DNA of 64,000 nucleotides from Octopus vulgaris (GCA_951406725.2 OX597834.1:14694001-14758000), one strand, 5' to 3'; shown: positions 27,350 through 40,882, counted from the first letter of the stretch. A program made the numbers and translations. The notes: generated by a model not told the origin, from the sequence alone.

Positions 27350-28046
27350 ATTGATTTCAGGTTTTGGCGCAAGGCCAACATATTTGAAGCCAAGAAGATT
27401 AAATTGACCCTAGTACTCAACCGGTGCTTATTTTATGAACGGATGAAAGGCAAAGTCGACCACGGTAGGATTAGAGCTTAGAATGTAAAAAAAAACTGAG
27501 GGATTGCCGGCAATCATTTTGCCCGGGTTGCTAACAACTCTGTCAATCTGTCGCCTTACGAGTAACGCTAATATTGATTTCTAATGTGGCACAAGGTCAG
27601 GAGATTCAGAGAGAGATCAGCCAATTAAATCGACCTCACTGCTTAACTAGTGTGGAGTTGCGTAGCTTAGTGGTTAGGGTGTCGGCACCTTGATCGTAAG
27701 ATTGTGGTTTCAATTCCTGGACCGGGCCACGCGTTGTGTTCTTAAGCAAAACACTTCATTTCACGTTGCCCCAGTCCACTCAGCTGGCAAAAATGAGTAA
27801 CGCTGCGATGGACTGACGTCCCGTCCAGCTGGGGAACACATACGCCATTAAAACCGGGAAACTGGGCCTATGAGCCTGGCTAGGCTTTAGAAAGAAAGGG
27901 TTTAACTAGCACTTATTCTATCGACTCCGAAATGATAAAAGTCAAATTTGATCTCGGTGCAATTTGAACTCAGAGCACAAAGATGGGCGGAATGTCGCAA
28001 AACATTTCTTCCGGGGTCCTAACGATTTTGTCAGTTCGCTGCGTTA
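27350..28046 (-). mobile_element. Two tandem old family B-like SINEs, the second interrupted by SINE D
   Basis: ggatgaaaggcaaagtcgac and aatttgaactcaga motifs; old-type tail (ggcacaagg on the plus strand). Confidence 0.65.
27652..27900 (+). mobile_element. SINE family D (tRNA head, MetaSINE-like core)
   Basis: Matches 62812-63066; TTAACTAG duplicated on the flanks. Core gtgttctt.agcaaaacactt..ccactcagctg..aatgagta..gcgatggactg resembles the Meta domain as recalled. Confidence 0.82.
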
Positions 28047-28411
28047 CGTGTAGCATTAATACTAATAAAAGAAAACGTTTTTTTTACCGGACCCGATCAA
28101 TTAAAGCGTAAGCTTCATATTACATTATTATTGCATATTAAAATATTTTTTGAGATCGTTAGTATAGTTAACGAGCGTTATTACTAATTATAAACAATTA
28201 CTCAATGAACAAACACCTAAATTTCAATTAAAATTGGGCGGGGCACTTCTCTAAAATTATTTGCTGCAAATCATGCAAAATTTGGTTTGGTTTAGCTCGC
28301 AGATGAAACTATTCATGCACGGACCTGTCATTCGAGAGTTCAGTGCAAAAAACCGTGATTAAATTTGAAGTATGTTTTGATAATATCATGTTGAATATTA
28401 GTGACGTAATT

Positions 28412-28625
28412 CAGGCGATGTTCTGGCAACATCGTTACCGTGCCGGACAAAATGATTAGCCACATTTCTTCCGACTTTACCTCCGAGTTTAAATGCTGCC
28501 GGAGTCAACTTTAACTCTCCTCCTTTCATGTTCGATAAAATAAGTACAAAATTTAAGCGCTGGAGTCAATGTAATCGACTCGACCCCATCTCATGAAATT
28601 GGCCGTGTGCCAAAATTTAAAACCA
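28412..28625 (+). mobile_element. Old family B-like SINE
   Basis: ctggcaacatcgtta..tcctttcatgttcgataaaataagtac..gtaatcgact..gccgtgtgccaaaattt. Confidence 0.65.
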
Positions 28626-28914
28626 AAATTAGATACATGGTTTGTAACATAAATTTCGCCTCTTCACAATCTGTGTTCAAATCCCGCTCCTGTTAACTTT
28701 TCCTTTCATCCTTTCCTTGTCGATAAAATAAACATCCTCGACTAAAATTCTTCAAGGCGAACATCCATGTTTAAATGTAGATAAATATTACCTTCCGGTA
28801 TCAATACGGCCTCTGTCGTTAATATATAGTTTTTAACATCTGTGCTTAAGGATGTGAAGATTGCAGGCTATTTATTTGTTTTCAATCTTGGGCATTTTAT
28901 AATATATTATTTAT

Positions 28915-29287
28915 GTGGAGGCGTAATGGCACAGTGGTTAGGGCAGCGGACTCATGGTCGGAGGATCGCGGTTTCGATTCCCACACCGGGCGTTGTGAGT
29001 GTTTATTGAGCGAAAACACCTAGAGCTCCACGAGGCTCCGGCAGGGGATGGTGGTGATCCCTGCTGTACTCTTTCACCACAACTTTCTCTTACTCTTACT
29101 TCCTGTTTCTGTTGTACCTGTATTTCAAAGGGCCGGCCTTGTCACTCTCTGTCTCACGCTGAATATCCCTGAGAACTACGTTAAGGGTGCACGTGTCTGT
29201 TATTTCACGAGTTAATTTCACGAGCAGGCTGTTCCGTTGATTCGGATCAACCGGAACCCTCATCGTCGTAACCGACGGAGTGCTTCC
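28915..29287 (+). mobile_element. SINE family C
   Basis: Reverse complement of 4909-5293; ATTTATGTG at both junctions. Confidence 0.9.
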
Positions 29288-30535
29288 AAAAAAATTTATG
29301 TGTGTATGTTATTGTACTTGTGTTTGTCCCATTGATGTGTTAGTTCTACAAATGGTACTGGCAAAATAATTATTATTGTTGTTTGTCTCCTCATTAGCTG
29401 TTTCGCTCATAAACATACACATACATATCGTACTCTAACCACTAGGCCATGTGCCTCGACGGCAAAATAATTACCAGACGTAAACGGATTGAGTCCTAGG
29501 GTTAATTTGTTCGAGTAAACACTTCAATGTGGTGTCTCTTGTCGGCCGCATTTCAATAGATGAACAAAAAAATACGAACAAGTAGAATTTGATAGACAAA
29601 ATTCATTACCATTCATTGAGCGTCGGAAAAAAAATTCCTTGAATAATTTCTTTCATAATTTGGTACAAAGTATTCAAGTGTAGATGAATTCTGTTTTGTC
29701 TCTCTTCCCATCGAGCGAGCCAAATCAACAAACACAAGGGCATAAATACATCAACATGCCATTTTAGGGAAAGCAATTAACAAAGGATCCTGGTTATGAA
29801 GCTACGATACGAAGGAGTATTAAAACAATTTTTCAATAGGCTTACATGCAGTATATTTAAAACGCAGTATAGCCAACACTTGAATTCGATCCGATGTAGA
29901 GACCGATATAAATTCGACAACATTTGTTGATTTGTGTTTTTACGTCACTTCTCTATATTCTGCAGTATCAGCAATAGTTATTTATTGCGGCGTTATGTCT
30001 ATATAATAAATAGATTCTATTTCTTATCATCTTACTCTAAGGAAAAGAATGAAAAAAAGCATACAAACCAGCGAGACATACATTTCCTTAGAAATTGTAA
30101 GCGATTAGGTTGACCACGTCGTTTGGCTAGTGTTTATTGTATGAATTTAAGCAAGAACTATGACAAAAGATCTATGGCATAGATTTCAAAGAGAATAAAA
30201 TGTTCTACTCTTGAATTATTTACGGGATGATGCATCGTGTTCTACGAGTACCGCGGATTGTATTACGTCAACTGTGTTATGGATAAATGTCACGTGTACT
30301 ATGCTGGTACTCTCTTTTACTCTTTTACTCTTTTACTTGTTTCAGTCATTTGACTGTGGCCATGCTGGAGCACCGCCTTTTGTCGAGAAAATCGACCACA
30401 GGACTTATTCTTTGGAAGCCTAGTACTTAGTCGATCAGTCTCTTTTGCCGAACCGCTAAGTTACGGGGACGTAAACACACCAGCATCGGTTGTCAAGGGG
30501 GATGTTGTGAGGACAAACGCAGGCACACAAACCCA

Positions 30536-30592
<57 letters not shown>

Positions 30593-30596
<4 letters not shown>

Positions 30597-31632
30597 TCGC
30601 TCCTTCCAAGTTCAAGTTAATGGTTCGCGGTCCGACGTCTCTAGTGCGAGCAGTGGCGTGCCTCAAGGTTCAGTGCTTGGGCCCTTGTTGTTCTTAGTCT
30701 TCATAAATGACTTGCCCGACGACCTCACGCAACACACCCTTCTATTTGCCGACGATATCAAACTGGTCGCTCCTCGCGGTAGTTTAGAGGATCTTCGTCG
30801 ATGCCTCCACCAAATTTGGAAGTGGTCTAACGATTGGGACCTGTGTCTGAACGTGTCAAAGTGCTGTCATCTGCTTGTCGGCTCTACTCCTGCAACTCAA
30901 CTTGATTTCGAGCCGGGTCGTCTGCTGCTGGAGAGGACCGATCAGGTAAAGGACCTGGGTATCTTGGTGGATTCCTCCTTTTCGCCTTCGGCCCAGTGCG
31001 TCCATGCTGCCAAAAAAGCGCGCGGAATTCTGTTTTTGATTCGACGGTCATTCGGAATGCTCACAGCAGCCATATTCCTGCCACTCTATGTCACGCTGGT
31101 GAGACCCATATTGGAGTATGGGATTCAAGCCTCTTCTCCTTATCTCCTCAAAGACATACAGCACCTCGAAAGAGTCCAGAGGCTGGCTACCCGCATGGTT
31201 CATGGTCTCAAAAATTTGTCCTACGAAGAAAGGCTGAAGACGCTCGACCTTTGTTCTCTTGAAAAACGCCGCCGCCGTGGTGATCTCATTCTCACACACA
31301 ACATCATAAGCGGGAAGTGTAACCTCTCGAAAGAGCTGTTCTTCACTCTTGCTCCGGAGCGTCGGCTGCGGGGTCATTCCGAAAAGCTCTACCTGCGACG
31401 ATTTCATCTCAATCGAAGGAGAGGAGCTTTCTCCGTCCGGATTGCGGATCCGTGGAACAAGCTGCCAGACGAGATGGTGAAGATGCCGACGACCGCTTTG
31501 TTCAAAGCCTCCCTGGACCTCAAGTGGCCTGAACTCTTTACATGAACACCACCCTGTACTTAACTCCATGTCCCCCTACATGGCCTTGCTATTTGCTTTT
31601 GAGCCAAATAACTAACTAACTAACTAACTAAC
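30593..31632 (+). mobile_element. 5'-truncated CR1-group LINE with 3' hairpin and (TAAC)n tail
   Basis: RT C-terminal half; 3'UTR stem CCATGT/ACATGG (31566-31583); (TAAC)6 at 31609-31632. Confidence 0.92.
30595..31545 (+). pseudogene. Non-LTR reverse transcriptase fragment (CR1-like ORF2 C-terminal half), uninterrupted frame, no genuine start
   Basis: GVPQGSVLGPLLFLVFINDL, LFADDIKL, KDLGILVD, LVRPILEY, LERVQRLATR, RRRRGDLI, FSVRIADPWNKLP. Confidence 0.92.
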
Positions 31633-31943
31633 ATATACATATATATATATATACTTATATTCGACGGGCTTCTTTCAGTTTCCGTCTACAAAATCCACTC
31701 ACAAGGCTTTGGTCAGCCCGAGGCTATAGCAGAAGACACTTGCCCAAGGTGCCACGCAGTGAGACTGAACCCGGGACCATGTGTTTGGTAAGCAAGCTAC
31801 TTACCACACAGCCACTCCTACGCTTGTTTGGAATTAATATGAAAATAAATACAACAAAATTCGTCGATTACCGGTTGCTTGCATCAGAATCCAGTACTTA
31901 TTTTTAAATATCTCAGCCCATCGATGCATCCACCTACCACCCT

Positions 31944-32015
<72 letters not shown>

Positions 32016-32494
32016 TATTTTCTCCTTATTTTTTCTCTCTCTCTCTACATACCTACCTACCGACCTATGTATCTACCCATCTATCGATCTATATATCCAT
32101 CTGCCTAAACACCTATCCCTATATCTATATTTTCATACATATATCTTGCTCTCTATCTATCAGACTATATATCTAACCATATATGTCGATTCTTCGGTCT
32201 ATACGGTAAAACATTAAAATCTAATCGACAACCGAAGCATCTATCATCTTATATATTATGTCCGTGTCTTGTTATTTTTATATATTACGCTTCACATTGA
32301 CGTCAGTCTCACATAAATAATTCCAAAGATATGAACAACGGCCATGCACTTTTAAACATTGATGGTAAGGATTCCTAATATAAGTACAAGTCTACATACT
32401 TTGAGGAATGGAGTAATATATCAATCTGACTTAAAGCCTAAAGTTTCGAAAGTAAATGCCATAACGCATTATTGTTTCACATCACAGCGTTCCT

Positions 32495-32588
32495 GCTTAC
32501 GGCCACATCATGCTGAATGCACTGATTCTCGCCTGGTTACCGAAGTTAAGCTAAGTTGAACTTACTTACTATTTAGATGGGTGATCAC
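32495..32588 (+). pseudogene. 5S rRNA-derived fragment (about the first 90 nt, diverged)
   Basis: gcttacggccacatcatgctgaatgcactgattctcg..accgaagttaagc..tttagatgggtgatc is colinear with metazoan 5S rRNA, including box A- and box C-like segments. Confidence 0.75.
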
Positions 32589-32606
32589 TGTTAGCGTCTC
32601 ACTTTC

Positions 32607-32800
32607 AAGGTGGTGAGATGGTAGAATGGTAAGCAGCATTTCTTTGTCTTTAGTTCGTTGGTTCCAATGCTACCTGGGTTGATTTTGCCTTTCATACCTT
32701 CGGGATCGATAAAATAAGTGCCACTGGAGCACTGAGGTCGATGTAATCGGCTTAGCAACTCATTCGAAATATGATGGTCTTGTGCCGACATTTGAAACCG
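32607..32800 (+). mobile_element. Old family B-like SINE
   Basis: ttttgcctttcataccttcgggatcgataaaataagtgcc core; old-type tail cttgtgccgacatttgaaacc. Confidence 0.7.
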
Positions 32801-33568
32801 ATATAATGTTCCTATTAGCACGCCGGGAAAAATGCTCACACACCTGCAGTCACGCAAACACAGACGTACACGCTCGTACACACGTTCCCCACGCCCATAC
32901 ACTCATGGACACATTCGCACGCATACCCATACTCATAGTCATGCACTGATAGATATAAGTTTACTCAACATTTATAAAAGAAGGGAGACGATTGGACTGT
33001 CTTTGAAAGAAATATCATATGGATGAACGTGTGCGTTTACGAAGAGAACAGACAGTCAACCAAAACCGTTATATTATGTATATGAAAAGTGATATGAGTC
33101 AGTATTTAGAAAAACACATACATACACACATACTGACGGTCACACTTACGTATGAGCACACACATTCACATACTCATCTCGGACAGATCTCGGACAAATC
33201 CCAAAGCTGGAACATAAGTTCAAAGGAAATGGAAGTGGAGAGACGTGTCATTGAAGAGATTGCAAAGATGCGACTAAGTAATTATTTGACAAAAAACAAA
33301 ATGGCAGCATGAACAATGGCGCACATTTGAACTATCGATTAACTGACCAAAATGTTTAACATACAACCTGGGAAAACTAGTAAAAGAAAAACGGCTGATC
33401 GATAAAGTTCTCAGCGGAGTAGCTGAGCCATTAACTAACAGTAACAATAAAGGACCGAACCAGTGGATGTTTATTATTACCAGCATAATACTCCCCCCCA
33501 CCCAAGTTTCAATAGTATTTCTTTCAACACTCGAATCGAGAATCGTGCAAACCAAATACAAATACGAA

Positions 33569-33614
<46 letters not shown>

Positions 33615-33621
<7 letters not shown>

Positions 33622-33810
33622 TATTAGAGACTATTTTTTTGACTATTTATTAAAATTTTATGTATTGATTAAGTCTTTCCTTGTTTGTTTTGCAAAATAG
33701 TGGTTTTGTCTCTAATAATATTTTATAATATTTTACTATAAAATTGGATTTAATCCTAAATCTGATTTTTTCCCTGTAAATTTGGATTTATTCCCTAATA
33801 TTTATTATTT
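33615..33810 (+). mobile_element. Family F 3' portion in (TA)n, with a short inverted end
   Basis: Homologous to 60363-60430 and to the reverse complement of 59900-59980. aaaatattattagagac/gtctctaataatatttt form an inverted pair. Confidence 0.65.
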
Positions 33811-33978
33811 ATATATATATATATATATGTATACATGTATGTATGTAAGTATGTATGTATGTATGTATGTATATGTATATGTATGTATATATATGTATAT
33901 ATATATGTTTATATATATGTTTATATATATGTATGTATATGTATATATATATGTGTGTATGTATGTATGTATATATAC

Positions 33979-34050
<72 letters not shown>

Positions 34051-36327
34051 TATATATATATATATGATTACGGGAGTTTGGCAGTGGCATTGTTTAAGCA
34101 ATGTTTTAATAAGTCTTTATGACATTGTTATCGATATAGCAGTATGTGTTTTTGTCGTTGTATATCGTTGAACTGTTCAGTTATGGGGTATACAAAAATA
34201 TAAAAAAGAACCTTGAATAACGAAATTGTATTTAAACCAGTATAAAATATTTGCAAACACTCGTAATAATTCAAAAACACGTATATACATAGAAAAACTA
34301 TGCATGAGCGGGCGTGTCCGTCTACCAAACCCCATTCAAAGTGATATTAGTCAAACTAAGCTTACACAATATAATACTAGGCCAATGGTGCTGCCTTGTT
34401 TGACTGCCATTAGAGTCACTTAACTACGTGGTGAATTCCTTAACCAGACCACTAATCCCCACATGGATATATTGTATCAAGGCGAGCTTAACTCCCTGTA
34501 TATTTTCGTCATCGAAGGTAGCAGACTCAACTAGACAATCTCTTCAAAATATTGTGTATTTCCCAACACTCTGGTTTTATACATTTGTCTCTCATATTTC
34601 TTCTGTACCGTACGTTGATTTACCTTTGTTGGTGACCATGATTATCACTTCTTAGTCTAATACTACTGATTAACTGTAATTTATACACATGTTATTTTTC
34701 TTAAGTATTGTTAATATTAACCAAAGCCGCAGGATTCTTAATGGCTAACTTCTAAAGCTTGTTTTATGGCGTATAATGTTGCCTGGATAAGTCTTAACTC
34801 CTTCTCCTGTATACATGATCTGTCTGCGTTGTGTTATATTTCGGTGTGCTACGAATACTTTTACAAATTAGAATACTACCCATGCAAAAATACACGCTAT
34901 CTTAATATCGTTTTACATAAGCAAATGCACGTAGACACACAGATACATACGTGCACACATAAATATAATGAGACACATAGACAGAGACGTAGACTGAATC
35001 TGGGCGAGATTATAAGATTTAAATTCAAGATTTACATGACAGAATTTAAATTAAGAATTCACCTTGGTCATTTAGGTTCACTTACATCTCCAGTGTAATA
35101 AACAGAATCAAGTAATATCGCTCAGAAAGCAGCTGGGATTTAGGAATATATAAGAAATCTATTTGTGTTTTAGCTTTATTGCTAATTGCGAGTGTAAATT
35201 TCCAACCATCTTGTTAAACAAAGTATTCATACGTCGAGTTAAATGAAGGTATATAACCGTGACTTCGCTCCGAACCTATAGGTCACAACAAGAATTATTT
35301 GTAGTTATTATTCTCTGATTTGAGGTTTTAAATCTTTTACAAGTCCGCGAAACATTAATGTTTACAAATTTACAAATTTACAAATTGCAGTAGGAAAAAG
35401 GAGTTTATTTGAAATAACACTTGCGTGGGAAAATGTCTGAAAAATTGTTATTTTTATCTAAATATTTTAAAGAGACTTGTTGTGTAAGCTGGAACAATGC
35501 GAGACGATAGAATGTATAGTATTGGGAGAAAAAGAAAACAAAACAAAAGAGAACAAAGAAGCAGTTGTAACCTCTTCTTCAGGACATTTGGGAAAAAAAG
35601 TGAGTGATGGAAAAGTCGTTTAGATGTGTGGGGAAGAAAGTGTCGGTCACGAACGCTTATTTGCATCGTGGAAATCTATCACTTTGCTAAAATTTGGGGA
35701 ACCATTGACAGCTGACAGACACTATTCAACTAATTTGATTGGAGACATGGGATATAGTTGATTAGATTTTCAGCATTATCTGGCTGTTGTTACTTTCTCA
35801 ATCTGGAAACAATAAAACAATTTGTGAAGCTCATTGTGATTCGATGTCAAATCGAAAGAATTCATATCAAAATGCTTTGAGTTATTTTCTTCAATGATCT
35901 ACTCTCTCAACAGTTCGCCACTATCCCTATGACTGTTTATTTGCGATTTTATTATTATTTCTTGGAGACCGTATCAACAATTTTATTTTTGTGTGTGTGT
36001 GTGTTATCACGATAACTGAATATGTTTAATTGAACAGGACAGACAGGCTGATTTCAGAAGTACATGACAGATATTGCAGTTTTTTTTTATATGTTTTCTT
36101 CTTAGTGTTAATTCTAAACATATTGAAATTGATATCATTTCTGCTATAAGCACATGGCCCGGAATTCTGGAGGAGGGGTGAGTCAATTACACTGACCAAA
36201 ATGCTCGACAAGTATCTAATTTATCGACTCCCGAAATGATGAAAGTCAGTGCCAGTCGAATACGAAATCAGAACGGAAAGCAAGAAGAAATGCCGCTAGG
36301 CAGTTTGTCTGGTGCGCTAACGATTCT

Positions 36328-37109
36328 TATTTCTTTCTTGCACACAAGAGGCTAAACACAGACGGAACAAACAAGGACAGACAAAGGGATTAAGTTGATT
36401 ATATCGACCTCAGTGCGTAACTGGTACTTATTTAATCGACCCCGAAAGGATGAAAGGCAAAGTCGACCTCGGCAGAATATGAACTCAGAACGTAGCTGCA
36501 GACGAAATACCTATTTCTTTACTACCCACAAGGGGTTAAACACAGAGGGGACAAAGAAGGACAGACACACGGATTAAGTCGATTATATCGACCTCAGTGC
36601 GTAACTGGTACTTATTCAATCGACCCCGAAAGGATGAAAGGCAAAGTCGACCTCGGCAGAATTTGAACTCAGAACGTAAAGACAGATGAATACCTATTTC
36701 TTTACTACCCACAAGGGCCTAAACACAGAGGGGACAAACAAGGACGGACACACGGATTAAGTCGATTATATCGACCTCAGTGCGTAACTGGTACTTATTC
36801 AATCGACCCCGAAAGGATGAAAGGCAAAGTCGAGCTCGGCGGAATTTGAACTCAGAACGTAAAGACAGATGAAATACCTATTTCTTTACTACCCACAAGG
36901 GCTAAACACAGAGGGGACAAACAAGGACAGACACACGGATTAAGTCGATTATATCGACCTCAGTGCGTAACTGGTACTTAATTCATCGACCCCGAAAGGA
37001 TGAAAGGCAAAGTCGACCTCGGCGGAATTTGAACTCAGAACGTAACGCAGACGAAATACCGCTCGGCATTTCGCCCGCCGTGCTAACGTTTCTGCCACCT
37101 CACCACCTT
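36328..37109 (-). mobile_element. Head-to-tail tetramer of SINE B (one head, four ~183-bp body+tail units) adjoining an old B copy (36135-36327)
   Basis: Unit boundaries at 36328, 36512, 36695 and 36879. Each internal junction reads GAAATA|GGTATT(T)C on the minus strand. Confidence 0.92.
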
Positions 37110-37364
37110 TATATTGACACTAATATGTAAATCTAAAACAGCTAAATAATCCACGAGTGTTGTGCGTGCAAGGAACCGTGTCAATAGGCTATAAAAGAAG
37201 AACAAAAAAAGGGTACCAGCGATAGATCGGGTTTGTGGGGTCGGAGCTTGGCCTGATCATCGCTACATTTGTGTTGTCTGTATTGTTAATTACATTCGAT
37301 TTTTTAAAATATTGTATATGATTTTTATATTCAAATTTTATGTAAATTCATAACGTATTACTAA

Positions 37365-37590
37365 TCCCAATCCGTTGTTTTGTCCATATCTGTGTTTGGC
37401 CCCCTGTGGAAATAAAGAAATTGGTAATTCCTCTGTTTTACGTTCTGAGTTCAAATTTCACCAAGGTCAACTTTGCCTTTCTTCCTTTCGGGGTCGATAA
37501 ATTAAGTACCAGTTGCGTACTGAGGCCGGTCTAATCGACTGGATCCCTCCCCAAAAATTTCGTGCCTTGTGCACAGCGTGGAAAAAAAAA
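37365..37590 (+). mobile_element. SINE B young-type tail fused to a B body with old-type tail
   Basis: ..ccccctgtggaaataaagaaatt|ggtaattcctctgttttacgttctgagttc..gccttgtgc. Confidence 0.75.
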
Positions 37591-38370
37591 AATTTTCCTT
37601 CTAATTATTTGCATAAATCCAAGAATTTTTAAGAACTGTGCTCAGTAGATTTTATCAAAATATTACGTGAATAGTACTTTATTTTATCGACACCAAAAAC
37701 TAAATTCGACCTCAGCAGAAATTCTGCATCAAATTTCATACTATCAGATATTTCACTCGATAGATCTGTACACATTCTGAATAGAAAGCAAGACCAGAGA
37801 CTATGCGATAACTATGTCACTCACATAATGTCTGCCCGAAGCATTGTTACTTGAGTGTGATGGGTTATTGTTCTATTGGAATATTCTGTGATCGAAGGCT
37901 TCATTTGTTATTGATGAGGTATTCGTATGTGAACTTCCTTATATGTCATATTAACTATTCTCTTGTTATTCACAATTTTTTTAAAACAAAAATGTCACTA
38001 CTTAAGTTCCGCTTGTTTTATCTTTTGTTTTTTTTTCTATTAAAAATTTATGCATGTCATTATAGAATTTTTAATATCAGTACCGTATAAACGAGACGAA
38101 TCTCTCCTGCATGCAAAATATCTGACGATGTTGTTGTCATTCAGAAACGTACTTTCATATTTCCTGGAATAATGGTTCTTCTATTGTGGTGACTTTTTCT
38201 CAATATGGATAGAATGGATGCTCTGAATAACAAAATATGTGGATTATTAAACAGTGCCACGTTACAAATGTCATTTTACTGTTTATTATTCATATACAAA
38301 ATGAGGCGGAGAGCTGGCAGAATCGTTAGCGGCATTTCGTCCGTCTTTCGCCGAGCTCAAATTTGTTTTG

Positions 38371-38603
38371 AGGGCGACGAGCTGGCAGAAACGTTAGCAC
38401 GTCGTGCGCAATGCTTAGCGGTATTTCGTCTGCCGTTACGTTCTGAGTTCAAATTCCGCCTAGGTCGACTTTGCCTTTCATCCTTTCGGGGTCGATTAAA
38501 TAAGTACCAGTTACGCACTGGGGTCGATATAATCGATTTAATCCGTTTGTCTGTCCTTGTTTGTCCTCTCTGTGTTTAGCCCCTTGTGGGCAGTAAAGAA
38601 ATA
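38371..38603 (+). mobile_element. SINE family B (young), preceded by a partial B head (38303-38370)
   Basis: Matches 61064-61296. Confidence 0.9.
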
Positions 38604-39183
38604 GGTATTTTTTTATGTTCAGGTGAGTAATTGGTTTTGTGACGGTGGTTGTGTTAAGTAAAGTAAACTCTACCAAATATTTGAAGTGCTGAATGCTTTA
38701 ATTTTACTTGAGAGCAGTGGTAACCGAAACCCTGAGAAACTTAGAACAAATCATTTGTTCTGCCTGTTTCAAATGACAGTTTTAATAAACTATCAATATG
38801 TTTCTGATAGTTTCGATGGAATGGGTAACTTGCTTGTCACAACGAGTTACCCCAAAGCTACTGCAGCTCCAAACAGTCGGCTTGCTTAACAGACATAGAG
38901 CAGGGAATTGTGAAGCATGGAGTACGATATGGATATGTGTTGAGCGATTGTGATGAAGGAACAGCTGTACGAACTGGCAGGCTGAAGACGGTTTCGATTC
39001 GGTGGATGGAATTTTAATAATGTCAAATGATTAAGGGTGAGTAGATTAACTCAATGCTGGTCAAAGTTTCATGTAGGATATGAAAATATCCCTGCATATC
39101 TCACATCTAGTTTCTTTCCTCCACCTCACTCTTTATTTTGTATAATATCTAAATTAACTATTACTTAACCATTCTCTCACAGC

Positions 39184-39235
39184 GTCTCCGATGAAGGGAT
39201 ATAATTAATGAATATCCCTGAAACAGCTGTAAGAC
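39184..39235 (+). ncRNA. Minimal type-I hammerhead, U4C core
   Basis: gtct-CCGATGA-agggatat aattaatga atatccct-GAAAC-AGCT-GTA-agac: 4-bp stem I, 8-bp stem II, palindromic loop 3, GUA triplet. Confidence 0.78.
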
Positions 39236-39334
39236 CTATCTATAAATGTTCTAATATGTACACAACCTCGGATTTTTATCTCATTACTCAAACAAATCTT
39301 ATATACACACGCTGACTCCTTATTCGCAAAATCT

Positions 39335-39393
39335 TTTCTTCTTCTTCTACTACTACTACTACTACTAAGAAGAAGAATACGAAATAGTAGTAC

Positions 39394-39488
<95 letters not shown>

Positions 39489-39900
39489 CGAAGAAGAAGA
39501 AGAAGAAGAAGAAGAAGAAGAAGAAGAAGAAGAAGAAGAAGAAGAAGAAGAAGAAGAAGAAGGGAAGATGAAAAACATCCTGAAGATGAAGAAGAACAAG
39601 AGCAATAGCTTGAGAATGAGAAGGATGATGAGGCTAACGATGAAGACGCTGATGATGACGAACGATGAAGATGATGAGGACGGCGATGATGAGAGATAAC
39701 GAAGAGGTGAAATATAAGAAATAAGAGAGAATAAGAGCAAGAATAATAATAATAATAATAATGATAATAATAATAATAATGATGATAATAATAATAATAG
39801 TAATAATAATGATGAGAAGAACAACAAGATCATCATCAACAACAACAACAACAACAACAACAATAATAATAATAATAATAATATGTACATATTATTATTA
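39335..39900. repeat. Compound trinucleotide array (TAG/GAA/GAT/AAT/AAC)
   Basis: Directly visible. Confidence 0.95.
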
Positions 39901-40271
39901 CAAAAAAGACAATAACAGAGGGAAATTGTCAGAGCTGCGACGGCAAGAAAAATGATACACAAAAACATTAAAAATATAATATAAAAAAAATGTTGTTTAA
40001 ATCCCCAAAATTGCAGAAAAATCGTGGATATTGAATAGACATTGCGAGTATGTCACAATTCTGGAAAATTCGTCGTAATTTTTTTGCATTTATTATTAGA
40101 AATGTGGAATTGAATATTTGCAATAAGAATAAGGAAATAGCAGAATATATAAAAGCTGAAACATGAATATTAAGAAGCAGCGTTCCCATTTATTTAAATT
40201 TCATTATCGTTTTATGTTCCTGTATATACACACGCAAACAGACACACGAACACACGCACATATGTATATAC

Positions 40272-40383
<112 letters not shown>

Positions 40384-40546
40384 ATACATAGATAGGTAGC
40401 TAGCTAGCTAGGTGCATAGTTAGATAGATAGATAGATAGATACACATACATACAGACAGATAGGACAGATATGACAGATAGATATATAGATAGATAGATC
40501 GATAGATATGATAGACAGATAAGATAGAGAGATGGGGAGAGGAAAG

Positions 40547-40579
<33 letters not shown>

Positions 40580-40882
40580 TAGACAGACAGACAGACAGAT
40601 AGATAGATATATAGATAGATATAAATAAATACGATTGATAGATATAGCTATATACGTACATACAAGCATACACACTCATACATATATATGTATGTGTGTG
40701 TGTGTGTGCTTTTATGTGCGATTTATGTTTTTATATTGAGAGAGTAACAGGAGATTATCGGATTAGAGCTGCCTTGTAGCTTCCAGGATATTTGCCGTTG
40801 ATTCAGGTGGATTAAACGTGATGGCTAAGCATAAGAAAATTGCATATAATGAATTTGTTTGTATACACAATGGAAATTTGCG

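Larger units (their letters stand above)
30308..31823 (-). mobile_element. SINE family A split by a LINE insertion (halves 30308-30592 and 31633-31823)
   Basis: The two halves rejoin into a full A copy at the internal (TA)n. Confidence 0.88.

Noticed and set aside
28915-28990. tRNA gene calls for SINE heads
   Set aside because: A and B boxes are present, but no complete cloverleaf was found and each continues into a SINE body.
31048-31569. 173-aa antisense ORF
   Set aside because: Shadow of the GC-rich LINE RT frame with no recognisable motif.
38686-39041. Possible exon or Mutator-like remnant with nearby GTGAGT donor-like sites
   Set aside because: Stops in all frames before the donor; similarity too weak to call.
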